DNA of 61,426 nt, taken from positions 1-61,426 of the forward strand of contig NW_026934762.1 of assembly GCF_032062105.1 (NCBI RefSeq). Reading direction: 5' to 3'. Below the pieces are notes generated by a model, which saw only the letters and a list, made by a program, of their open reading frames with translations, was not told where the DNA came from and did not search any database. Both the position numbers and the translations under genes were made by a program. Origin of the DNA: Saccostrea cucullata (lineage: Eukaryota). This document shows positions 22,601 to 33,778 of the stretch, piece by piece. Positions within the stretch are counted from its first letter, which is position 1; each line of letters begins with the position of its first letter.

Positions 22601-23919
22601 GAATCTATAAATACCTTTGCAAGTGGCACAATTCTCTTGGTATTATCTGCTAAAATACAAGTCTCACTTTTACCTGTTAAACTTTCATCTTTCACCAAGC
22701 TTCTCCTTACCACAATATTTTGACAACCAGAATCTCGAAGAAGTGTGACTGGTTGACCATGTACATATCCAGCCGAAAGTGGCATTGGTTTCCTAGTGCT
22801 GTGACATGCTGAAGTTAAAATGGTTGATTTGTCATATACCTGCGAGTACAGAACCGAGTTCTCACTGCAAACAAATGCAGAACAATTCTCTGTTGTTTTG
22901 TCAACGTCTCTGCGCTCATCTTTATGTACTAGCGCACCTGAAATCTTACCTTTGGATTTGTGGCACTGTGGAGCTATATGACCCTGCTTACCACAAATGT
23001 AACATTTTCTCTCTGTCACTGGAACGAACGAAGACTTCTGGTTTTGGGGTCGTTGCTGTAGATCTTTAGGTTTTACTTGCGTCTTACTTACTTGTACTTC
23101 CGTAGGTTTCTTCATAACCTTCGAACATAGATTTGAAGCGCTTGTGTTTCTCGCCTCTCTAAATTGGTCTGCTAGAATGCATAATTCATCTGCCGTCTTT
23201 GGGACGTTCTGTTTAAGAAACACCAGCAAATCATAATTGCACTTATGTAAGAACTGATCGCGAAGTGTAAGTTCAAAGAGAGCTTCAAAAGTCATAGAGA
23301 TCTTAGACATTTCTATCCAACGAGTAAGGTAAGAACCTAATCTGACAGTAAACTGAGAAAATGTTTCACCATTTTCGGGACGACAAGAACGAAACTTTCT
23401 TTTGAAACCTTCTCCCGTCATATCATATCTCCGGAGTAACGCTGCTTTGAGCTCATCATAATCATCTGCTTTTGACTTTGACATTAAAGCATAAACCTCT
23501 AAAGCACGACCTTAAAGTAAATCACTCAAATGAGTTGACCAAAGAGATTTTTCCCATTTCATAGCTGTTGCATACCTTTCAAATCTTCGCAGATAACTAT
23601 CCATCTCATCTCTGTTCTCTTCAAATGATGGAATTTTAGGGGTACTTGGTTTGACTGAGTTAATACTCACCTCATTCACTGATATGTTACCCTTCGTTGC
23701 CATTTCCATATCGTGTTCATCAGCCATCTGTTTCAGCTTAAGGTCATTGTACATACGTTCCAATTGTAGTTGGTACTCACGTTCATCTTTCTCCTTTTGA
23801 CGAACTGCCGCTCTTTCTTCACGCTGCAAAGCTTGTTGATCGCTCACATATTTGCGTAAAGTATCGTCTTTATAGCCTAGTCTTTCTCCAGCAGAAATCA
23901 ACTCCTCTAAAGTCTCCAT
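19619..23919 (-). pseudogene. gag-pol: Gag-Pol polyprotein (SCAN-like capsid, CCHC, protease, integrase, RT, RNase H) with one stop and one frameshift
   Basis: Likely start METLEEL at 23919. Motifs: YLRRFERYA; zinc knuckle CYICGKQGHIAPQC; protease LRDSG; integrase AHES...GHL...CDTC, VAVDIIGP, ADMGTQF, GLVERFN; RT YSSPIVLVVKKD, RFCVDFR, MPFGL, FIDD; RNase H LQTDASDKGLGAVL, EKECL, ADYLSR. TAA at 23514-23512; frameshift at ~20575. Confidence 0.95.
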
Positions 23920-24639
23920 TCTTAACAAAAATGTCAAATGTACACAACAAAGTGTATTTACTAACTCACTACTCTGTAAACATGTTTGACATACTACTAC
24001 TACTATACACAATACTGAAGTGTTGAGTTTGGGTGACACAATTTTTAATAAATTTAACTGATTTACTACATTACCATGACCAGTCTCCACAACACACTCT
24101 GAAGTAGCTTGGCAATCAGCTTTTAAGGAAGACTTCTGGATCCAAAATAGCCAATGATCTTGTCCTACAATTACAGCAATCACAATGAAACAATTGATAC
24201 TATGCAACATGGAAAAGCACGAATGATCATCTGTTCAAAAAGATGATAAATAAAATGCAGTTTACTTTAAACAGAATAAATACTTCTGAAAATACAATCT
24301 GTTTCAGATAAATAGAGTTTCAGTTATTCAGTTTTACTTATGATTTAACACTTCAAGAATTCCTGGTTTAGTCAGTTATAATTTTTTTTTCTGTCTGTAT
24401 CCTGTTTGCCTTATCCTATAAACGGGTCTGTATCCATGGATTGTCACGTGGACGTCTCCTGTTGATAAGTTCCGCAATAAGACAAGTTGTTGAATCTACA
24501 TCATCGATACAACACACTCTCACTGGAATCCTGGGATCTGTATTAATGGTGATAATCTATGGATCCCTGGAACAAAATTCCTGGATCTCCCTAGGTTGAT
24601 CTCCTGGGCAGATCGCCTTGGGTGGATCATCCTGGGCGT

Positions 24640-24657
24640 ATCCCACTTCTGACACCA
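24640..24657 (-). other. Primer binding site, tRNA-Leu
   Basis: Minus strand reads TGGTGTCAGAAGTGGGAT, 2 nt after the 5' LTR. It is complementary to the eukaryotic tRNA-Leu 3' end (ATCCCACTTCTGACACCA). Confidence 0.9.
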
Positions 24658-24659
24658 AA

Positions 24660-25518
24660 TGTCGCAGGCGGGCCGATACGTCGTCATGCAAAAAGGAATA
24701 TAACGACTAAGTTCTTTAAATATATCACATTTATTTGGTTAATACATAATTAAAAGTTCTGGATCGGAATGTTGTTCGGGTGGAATGGCTTCCTGGACCA
24801 ATTTGGGATCTACAAAATCATTGTAAATTCACATATTATAACAATTGTAAATACTAACTTGATTCGGGCTAATGCATATCATAACATACAATATATACTT
24901 TGCATTTTACTGCATACTGCATTTTACTGCACATACTAAAGCATTTTACTGCATACTGCATTTTACTGCATATACTAAAGCATTTTACTGCAAAACTCCA
25001 TAAAATATTTATACGAAATATTTGTGTATAATAAACACCTACTTCACACCATACATTGTAGTTACTTCATACTATAATAAGACTATAATACACTCGTATA
25101 CTATAAGCATACTACTAGTACTTGAAATGATAGCAATGCACACATTACTCAATCGTGTAATTTACAACAAAGTTTAGAACTAAGGTCCTTGGCCATTTCA
25201 GGAAACTGTATAAGATAATAAAACCTTTAAATTAATAAAACAAACTTACCTCAGAAGAGATGTAAAGGCTGGTCAAAATACTTTATGAAGAATACTACTA
25301 AGTTGTGAATACTCGAGCAAGTGAAGTGCGTCCGCTCTACTCAATTGCTACACCCAAACTGACCACTTAATAGCACGGGATTTAAAACCCGCCAAGTAAA
25401 TTCTACTGAACAGATAAAATATTATGGAACACAGTTAGGGCATTTAAATAAGTTATTTACATAGCGAAAAGGTGTATGTTAAAATATATGGAACAATGTT
25501 TGGACGTTAATTGTGACA
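24660..25518 (-). repeat. 5' LTR of the Gypsy element
   Basis: Direct repeat of 18601-19448. Confidence 0.97.
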
Positions 25519-28204
25519 AATGACATGTTATAAACTATAATTATTCCATTTTTATCACAACAGATGTGAACATACACAGTTGTCCTTTTTAAATAAATAA
25601 AATGAGAATAGAAAAAAAAAATAAAATTCAACATGTTCAACATAATTTGAATTCCTGTCAAGTTATTATGTGATATTGAATGCATAACACGTACATATAT
25701 GGACTAAACACTTGGACATAAAATCCTTTAGTAGATTTTTCTTGATTACATAAAAAAAAGTAGTGAATATGTATTCTGCATTCCTGAATTAACAAACTAG
25801 TGTGTACTTCAGGGATTAATATGACGAAATATATATCTGCACTGTAACCGACGTTTTGTCAAACACTAGATCTAATGATCTTCGACGCAAAAATAGGAAG
25901 GGGTAGGGTGAAGGATGTATTAAAAAATTGCCGAAAAATCAACATTTGAGTACGCTGTACATATGAGAATTCTGATATATGTAAGCAAAAGCAAAATTCC
26001 AATTTAGATTTTTAAACATGCGTATTAGTATATTCATAGCGTAATTATCGACCAAAGTCTGAAAGATGCGCGGGAACGTCATTAAGGGAAAAGGGGGGGG
26101 GGGGTAATTTTCCGATATTAAATCAAATCTGATCGTACAAAAATTATGCCCCAAAAAAATATGAAAATTGTTTTTACTACCAGCTGCTACCTAAAGAAAG
26201 TTTGTTACCAAAATTAAAAGACAGGCTTTTTCACAAATAATTTCTGAAATTGAAAATTACAGATTTTTCAAGGTTAAGTTAATTCATAGTATTTCAGTTT
26301 AAGTTCTTTGAAAATTTTATTCATGACATGCATATCAAAAAGATTACAACGAGATATTTTTGTGTTAAATGGTTAAAAGAATAAGTCAATGAAAGTTGAC
26401 AGTTATAGCCAACCTGGCTTTTTTGAAAATCAAGGTTTAAGTAGTTAGTTTATTGATAAAGAATTTTCACTCCTCGTATTTAACTAAAGGGGGTTAACTT
26501 TTGGAATTTCCTTTCCAAAAACAACTCTAACAATTTCGTCCAAACTGTGCATACACACAGTAGATATAGTAATGTATTAAATATACAAAAATAGCGAAAA
26601 TTAAACGACGGGACCTTTTGGGGGGTGTACAATATATCATTGTGTATCATTCCATTTTTTTAAAAAGGCCCCAAGGAAGTATAGTGCTCGCACTAATACA
26701 GTCACCCTCTTAAAATAAGGTATTATTATTAATAATATTATTCAACGTTGACTGCAAGGCTGTGTATCATTTGTGATGATGAACACATTGAAATGCATTC
26801 TTTCACAATAAGGAAGTGTTTTGTGGGTCGTGAACTTCCCTGATTTCTATATTGATTTAATTACAGGGAAATATATACATATAACGACAAGTGTTCAAGC
26901 CCTAACTTTCCTCATACATTATAATTTAGTAGCTGAGCAAACATTGACCTTTGAAACATCTAAGTAATGGTCAGTGATGAGTGAACATTCCGTTCAGATT
27001 GTCGCACACTCCGTTTGCTTCTTCTTATGATAAAAAACGTAAAAAGTTATCAACAATTTAATGTGAAAATTATATCCTTACAATTTCTCTGTAGAACAAC
27101 AGTAAGTATTTCACTAACCAGGTAATATTAAATTCTATTTGATGACAAGAGCATTGTATCCACTCAATTAAACAAATTACAAACAATGATAATGTGACCA
27201 CCTGCTTTGTCATCTGGGACCAGTACATACAGATTGGATAATCTATTTAATTCTTTTTCACTTATGAAATATTTAACTCAGAAAAGGTAAATTTCTTCTA
27301 CTGTACAGATCTATTTCCCTAAAATTTAACTCATGTAGTGATGAGTTATTAGTCAGCATTAATATATTATAAGTATACGCGACTTAACGAAATTCTAAGT
27401 CAGGGATCAAACAAAGATCAATGCTTGGAATTATGTGTTAAACCAGGTGTTGAGTTTGAAGGTAAGGACATGTTAACATCAATTGTATTTCAATAATTAT
27501 TTATTCTCAACAGACTAAAAGGATTCCAGACATCTAATTATGCAAAAAGAATCAAACCTCTTAAGAGTACTTGGTTTTTATAAATATTAGATTTAAATAA
27601 GACCGCATGACAACAAACAAATGACATTGACAATGAATAAGTATTGGACAATTAAGCAAATGATTATTACATAATTAAGGAGATAATCAACCAACTCTCT
27701 CTCTTTTGCGCGCGCGCGCGTATTGTTAACTGGCCTTCAATACAGAGTCTGTAAACGTTTCTCTCATCGGCATCAGAGAACTGTTTATAAAATACATAAA
27801 AATGTGTATCATTCGTAAAGTAATGGTAACATAGTAGTAAGAGCTATTCGACTTTAAAAATACTAAAAAATGTAAATGAAATTGCATTCAAATGTGTGCT
27901 CAAAACATAACCATATGTAAGTTTCAAGGTTAAGTCTTTATAAAGATACGTCTTCTGTGGGAAAAATGTGTTTGATTGCTGAATTGTAGAATCTGTATAA
28001 TCTAATGTATCTTTAATTGAATTTTAATTTGGAAAATTACATGCGTCAAAATGCCAACAGACACATAATGTTGCTTATGATATTAACTGATTACCCGAAC
28101 CAATTCTTGTATTCACCCAAGTTATGTTATCTACCGATTCACTCTTTAGTTTCTGGATTGTCATTGAGGTTAAAGAAAATATAAGCAATATACAGATGTT
28201 TAGA

Positions 28205-28210
<6 letters not shown>

Positions 28211-28251
<41 letters not shown>

Positions 28252-28257
28252 GAGAGA
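28211..28257. repeat. (GA)n microsatellite
   Basis: Directly visible. Confidence 0.95.
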
Positions 28258-28970
28258 TCTTTCTGTCCACCATCTCAGCTTTGTGCCAACTGATTTCGAA
28301 CATGACACGGAACATGGGAAAACATGATTAAAACTTTGATAATGGTCAAGAACATGCTAGATTTCCTCAAACAGATTTTGTGAAGGAACGAAAAATCATA
28401 TTTAAAAATCTTTTTCTGTGAAAATAACAAGACCTTCCGGTTAAATTAAACGACGGCTTTCATAGACTTTTCATTGACAAATCAGCCACAGAATAGCAAA
28501 TTCATTTTAAAGATGTCTCAGTTGCCTTTCAGTCACATTTCAGGTTCCTGTCAGTCAAAATTCATCGAACACATTTTCACCAATTTTCAGTGACTTTTCC
28601 ATCGTCCTTCAGTGACCTTTCTGTCGACTTTCATTTACTTTTCATCCACCTTTCAGTAATTTTTCAGTCTCAATTCTGCAATTTATTCACCGGCTTATTA
28701 GTTTATAATCAGATACATTTCCTGTACAATATTTTGAATCAATTTATTTCCCAATCTGAACTCTTTTTTTCTCGTGATAAAGTTCACATACCTTAAACTG
28801 GTACTTCCGGTGTGAGGAGGTTAAGTTGTCTTTAAAGTGTTTACTAAATTGTTAAACTGGGATAATAAATTTAACAAAAAATGCGAAAATGATCATTATA
28901 ATTTTATAATTTAATTTCACTTGTATCAAGCAGTTTCATTGTGTGCCGTTTCACGACTTATATGTATATA

Positions 28971-30026
28971 CGAGGGTTGTCCCAAAATTCCGTAGACAAG
29001 CGTTGTTTTGTAGGAACCTTATGTCATACATTAACGAAACTTCGTATATAGATTAAACAAACACTATCTAATGGATTTATCGACAAATATGGAGTAACTA
29101 CACAAATTATTCCCATTTAAAAGACATATTTCATTGCCTGGTGTAGGAAGGCGGCGCACTACCCAAAAGTTGCCATTAAAATTTAGAATATCATATTTAA
29201 AATCCTAAGGAAAAGTAATTACTACCTCATATTTTTTTAATGGAAATGAAAATTCTTAATATTGCTTTATTAACTATATTTCCTCAAATTTTGGTGTTAA
29301 TGCTTTGATAAATATTAATTTTATAACGTTTTATATACATGGGGTTGAAATCCGAATTTTTGAAAAATGGCGGCTGCGTTGGCCCAGGCGGCGCACTGGA
29401 CTAGGATCAAGTGTTTTAATCGTGAATTCACTCTTACAGAAATGTACCCGTCATAAATGTTTGGTAAACTAGGAAACTTTTTCTCGTCCTTAATATTTAC
29501 AATGACCAAAACGGTTTCTCTATGTTTATGTGAATAACAGTAACTAAAACAAAAGACAGTGCAGAGAAATGGGCAAGAGTTCCATTTTGCAAATCCATTA
29601 GGGAAAACAGTCGAAAAGCCCGTAGAAATATAGCGTTTTCAAATTATTATTATTTTATACCTGTACATGCATATACTTTGTTTTACATATTTTAATGTTT
29701 GATCATATCATAGTAATTAAGATATTTTACATTTATAACCATAACCGTTTCGTTTAATTTAAGAATTTGATTCTAGTAACTAAAATATTTTCTCCAAAAA
29801 TTTGAACCGTTGACAATTGTACTTTTTGACGTTGGAGATTGCTCCGGGTGTCAGAGAACTATACCACTTCACATGTTATTACTCGAAAAGTTTTCAAGTC
29901 AACATGATAAAACTTCGTAATTTATCTGCCAAGAACATGCTTTATCTACCCCGAAAATTTTATAAAGATACGTTAATTTCTTAAAAAGTTATGAGCTCAG
30001 TCTACGAAATTTTGGGACAGCCCTCG
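28971..30026. mobile_element. Non-autonomous mariner/Tc1-type element (1056 bp) inserted in the BEL 5' LTR
   Basis: 27-bp TIRs CGAGGGTTGTCCCAAAATTCCGTAGAC / GTCTACGAAATTTTGGGACAGCCCTCG. The TA duplication is confirmed by the empty site in the 3' LTR. Confidence 0.93.
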
Positions 30027-30434
30027 TATGTTCGTAGACTGTTTTGTGTTATTCCGTTTTTGTCCGTGTGAAATGTTTTAATCTACCGTTTATATCCGGA
30101 CACTACCTGTGTTACTATTCAGTGTTTCTCGTGCATTCAAGATCGCAACTGGCGCATCGGCCACACCACCGTTTTTCTATCATGTTTGAGACTTTAGAGC
30201 CACTATAGAGTAAGTTAATAATGCAAAATCAATTTAATGTATATTCTATTTATATAAATTCAGTTAGGAAATATTTCTTTGTGTAAATTTAATTTTAAAC
30301 TTGCAAAACTCAGTGTCAATGTCAGTGATGTGTATTCAGTCTTGTTTTGTTCTTTTTGTTTGTAGCCTTTATCGTAAGATCATCTATGTTTCAACTGAAT
30401 AAAATCTTAAACGATGATTGAGGCGTTATAATAA

Positions 30435-33400
30435 ATGTCTATTCCCTACACCATCATGGCGGAGAAGAACGTGGTAGCGGATGACCCTCACACCACCGAG
30501 GACGGCGTCAAAGAAGAAACAGACCCTGAGCCGACAGAGGAAAGAAACACCACACCATCAGAAACAAGTGAGAAACGAGTAAGAACATTGACAGTCAAAG
30601 CTAAAGAACTTTACGATGCTGAAGTTAAGAAATCCAACTCAAAAATCGACTTAATATGGACTGATATAGAGAACATTCCTAGTGAAATAGAAAACATTGG
30701 TCATAATACACAAGCATTGCGTGTTCTGGGTTCCAGACTTGACTATCTTGGAGATAGATATGAGGAAGAGTGTGTGTCATTTCGTGAATATCTCACCCGA
30801 AGAAATACAACAGAAAGCCAGCAGGAGTTGGACTCCCTCATGGCCTCCCTTGACAAAGGAAAAAGTATTATTCAGGAATTACGGAAAAGAATCAGGGATA
30901 CTCGTATGGAAGCAACAGAAACTGCCTCACGGAGGTCCGCTTCAGTAAGGACGTCGTCATCCCATGTTGATTCAATCCTGTTCAAGAAACGTGTGGAAGC
31001 AGAAACGCAACGTGCTAACATTCTATTCCGAGAGAAGGAACTTGCGATCCTCAAAGAAAAAGCATCACTTAAGGAACATGAAGCAAAACAACAAGCTGAG
31101 AACTTGAAGCTACTCATCACTTGTTAGAAGAAAAAAGAAAAGCAGCACTCGTAAAAGCAGAAGTGAAAGCAATAGAGAACTTTGAGTCGGACACTAGACA
31201 AGGGTTTGTTATACCATCAGATATCGATGTACCGATAAATCGCAAACAGTTTACTGCTCGTTACATCAGCGATCAAAGTGATACAGTGCAGGGAACTAAT
31301 TTTGTTACATAAACCAGCATCAGGATCAGCATAAGTAGGATCAGGATAGAACTAGCATCAGCATCAGCATTTAAAAATCAGCATTACTGGATCAGCATCA
31401 GCAAGCAAAGGATAGAACTAGCATTGACCAAAGTGAAAACAGATAAAGGAAAGTCATTTAATACAAATTACAAATAAAAATTACCCCAAAAAATATTTTT
31501 AATGGCTTAAAATAGCGATGCTGTTTTTTAATTATCCACTTCCGGCAGGATAATCCTACTTCTGGTAGCATTACAAGCATTGACCTAGTTTCAAACCAGC
31601 ATCAGGATAAGGATCAAACCAGGATCAGGATAAGGATAACTAGCATCAAAATCAGCAAGCAAATGAAGCATCAAAATCAGCAAGCATAGGAAGCACCAAA
31701 ATCAGCATTGATGCTGTAACAAAATTATTTCCCTGCACTGTAATAGTATCTTCGCTAAACAAACTTCAGATTGTGATAATGGTTCCATAGATCCAGTGAT
31801 TGATCATGACATACCACATCAGAAAGAGACTCAGTCTAACCTGAACCCTATGGCAAAAGAATTTGTTAGTCAACATGTGAAAAATTCTGAAGATCAGAAT
31901 GTCGTCAGTGATCTTACAAAATTTCTACTCAAGAAGGATCTGTTATTCTCAAGATTTTCGCAGTTCAGTGATAAACCAGAAACATTTGTCACATGGAAAG
32001 CCAGTTTCAAGAGTATAACAGAGGAACTGAGAGTTACACCGTTTGAAGAAATGGACTTACTAGTGAAATTCTTAGGACCAGAATCCTCAAAGTTTGCAGC
32101 CAGCATCAGAGCAGCAAATACAGCATACCCAGAACGAGGCCTTCATAGGATATGGAAAAGACTCCAAGAAGGTTATGGAAGCCCTGAATTAGTAGAACAT
32201 TCTTTAAAGAACAAACTCAGAGACTTCCCTAGAATTAGTAACAAAGACAATAAACGTTTGTATGAATTAGTCGACATTCTAGCAGAAATCGAGTCTTTGA
32301 AAGAAGATTCAAACTACTCGACATTACTGTCCTACTTTGACCCATCTTCTGGCATTATACCTATTGTGAATAAACTGCCTTTTAACTTACAAGAGAAATG
32401 GACAACCCGCGCCGCAAGCTACAAAGCCAGACTAGATGTTCCACATCCACCATTTGATTATTTCGTGGAATTCTTACAAGAAATGAGTAAGATTAGAAAC
32501 GATCCGGGATTTCAATATGAAGGATCCTTTAGTACCCCTGGACCAATCCAAAACAGGAAAACCAAAAATACTACAGTTCTGTCGTGTAAAACTGAAGTGG
32601 AACCAAACAAGTATGTGTCTCCCAGAGGACAAAGGTGCCCTATTCATAACACGCACCACAATGTTAAAGATTGTAAAACATTCCGATCTAAACCATTATC
32701 TGAGAGGAGGAAGATCTTGAAAAACTCTGGATTGTGTTTTCGATGTTTGGACTCGAATCACTTAGCTCGTGACTGTAAAACAGTAGTGAAATGTGAGAAC
32801 TGTGAAAGTGACACTCATAATACTGCGCTCCATGACTACTACAGATCCAAACACTCAGATCAAGGCGGGGAGAAAATCAACCACGATAAGACAGATGTGC
32901 AGAATAAGTGTACCGTGATATGTGGAACGAACTTTAAGGGCAAATCGTGCTCTAAAACTATTCTGGTCAACGTTTACCCCACTGATCGTCCATCAGAGAA
33001 AAAGACTATCTATGCCATAGTTGATGACCAAAGCAGTCGTACACTCGCTCGTTCACAGTTTTTCAACATGTTTGATATGAACACTGACTCTGTGACTTAC
33101 ACACCATCATCATGCAACGGTTCTGTGACACTCACTGGCAGATGTGCATCAAACTTTACCTATGAACCAGTATTGGAGGGACACCGAATTCATCTACAGT
33201 CTGTGATAGAATGTGATGACATACCCAACTGCAGAGAGAAGATTTCCACACCAGATGTGGCACGTGCATACCCTCATCTAGCAGACTTAGCCACTCATAT
33301 ACCTGATCTAAATGAAGAGGCAGACATTTTGTTACTCATTGGAAGAGATCATCCAGATGCTCATCATGTCCTAACACAGATAACTAGACCTCATGGAGCT

Positions 33401-33778
33401 CCGTTTGCACAAAAACTATCGTTAGGATGGACAGTTATAGGAGAGTGTTGTCTTGATAAGGTACATGTACCTACGAACATTGTGACCAACAAAACGCACA
33501 TTCTACCATCAGGAAGAAGCTCGACTTTTCCAACTTGTCCTTCTTACATACATGTGTCTAAAGTTGCAGACAACCCATTCTGTAGTGACGAAATAATGAC
33601 TTCTGATATTTTTGTGAAAACACCCCAGGACAATGAACCAGTCCTGTCAGTGAATGATCGAGAATTCCTAAAAATTAAGGAAATGAATGTTACAGAGATG
33701 AGAACGGAAACTGGACTGCTCCGCTTCAATTTAAGACCAGTAGAGAGAAACTTCCGAATAATCGTGAACAAGCCATGA
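30435..33778 (+). pseudogene. gag: BEL/Pao Gag + aspartic protease region, frameshifted and MITE-interrupted
   Basis: Coiled-coil N-terminus; FSDKPETFVTWKASF; three Cys/His knuckles CPIHNTHHNVKDC, CFRCLDSNHLARDC and CENCESDTHNTALH; protease YAIVDDQS; LLIGRD. Frameshifts at ~31120 and ~33690. Confidence 0.92.
31284..31740. mobile_element. 457-bp MITE nested in BEL gag
   Basis: TA|CAGTGCAGGGAACTAATTTTGTTACA ... TGTAACAAAATTATTTCCCTGCACTG|TA, with internal AGCATC/AGGATC repeats. Removing the element plus one TA (459 nt) rejoins the gag frame. Confidence 0.93.

Larger units (their letters stand above)
18601..25518 (-). mobile_element. Full-length Ty3/Gypsy LTR retrotransposon, Gmr1-type (PR-INT-RT-RH order)
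   Basis: Direct TG...CA LTRs at 18601-19448 and 24660-25518. TSD AATGA at 18596-18600 and 25519-25523. PBS, polypurine tract and gag-pol all lie on the minus strand. Confidence 0.97.

Noticed and set aside
20854-23069. Plus-strand ORFs opposite Gypsy pol, and minus-strand ORFs opposite BEL pol
   Set aside because: Antisense shadows of real coding sequence.
23920-24210. Long N-terminal extension of the gag ORF
   Set aside because: Open frame through the leader with low-complexity composition; Gag-like sequence starts at METLEEL (23919).
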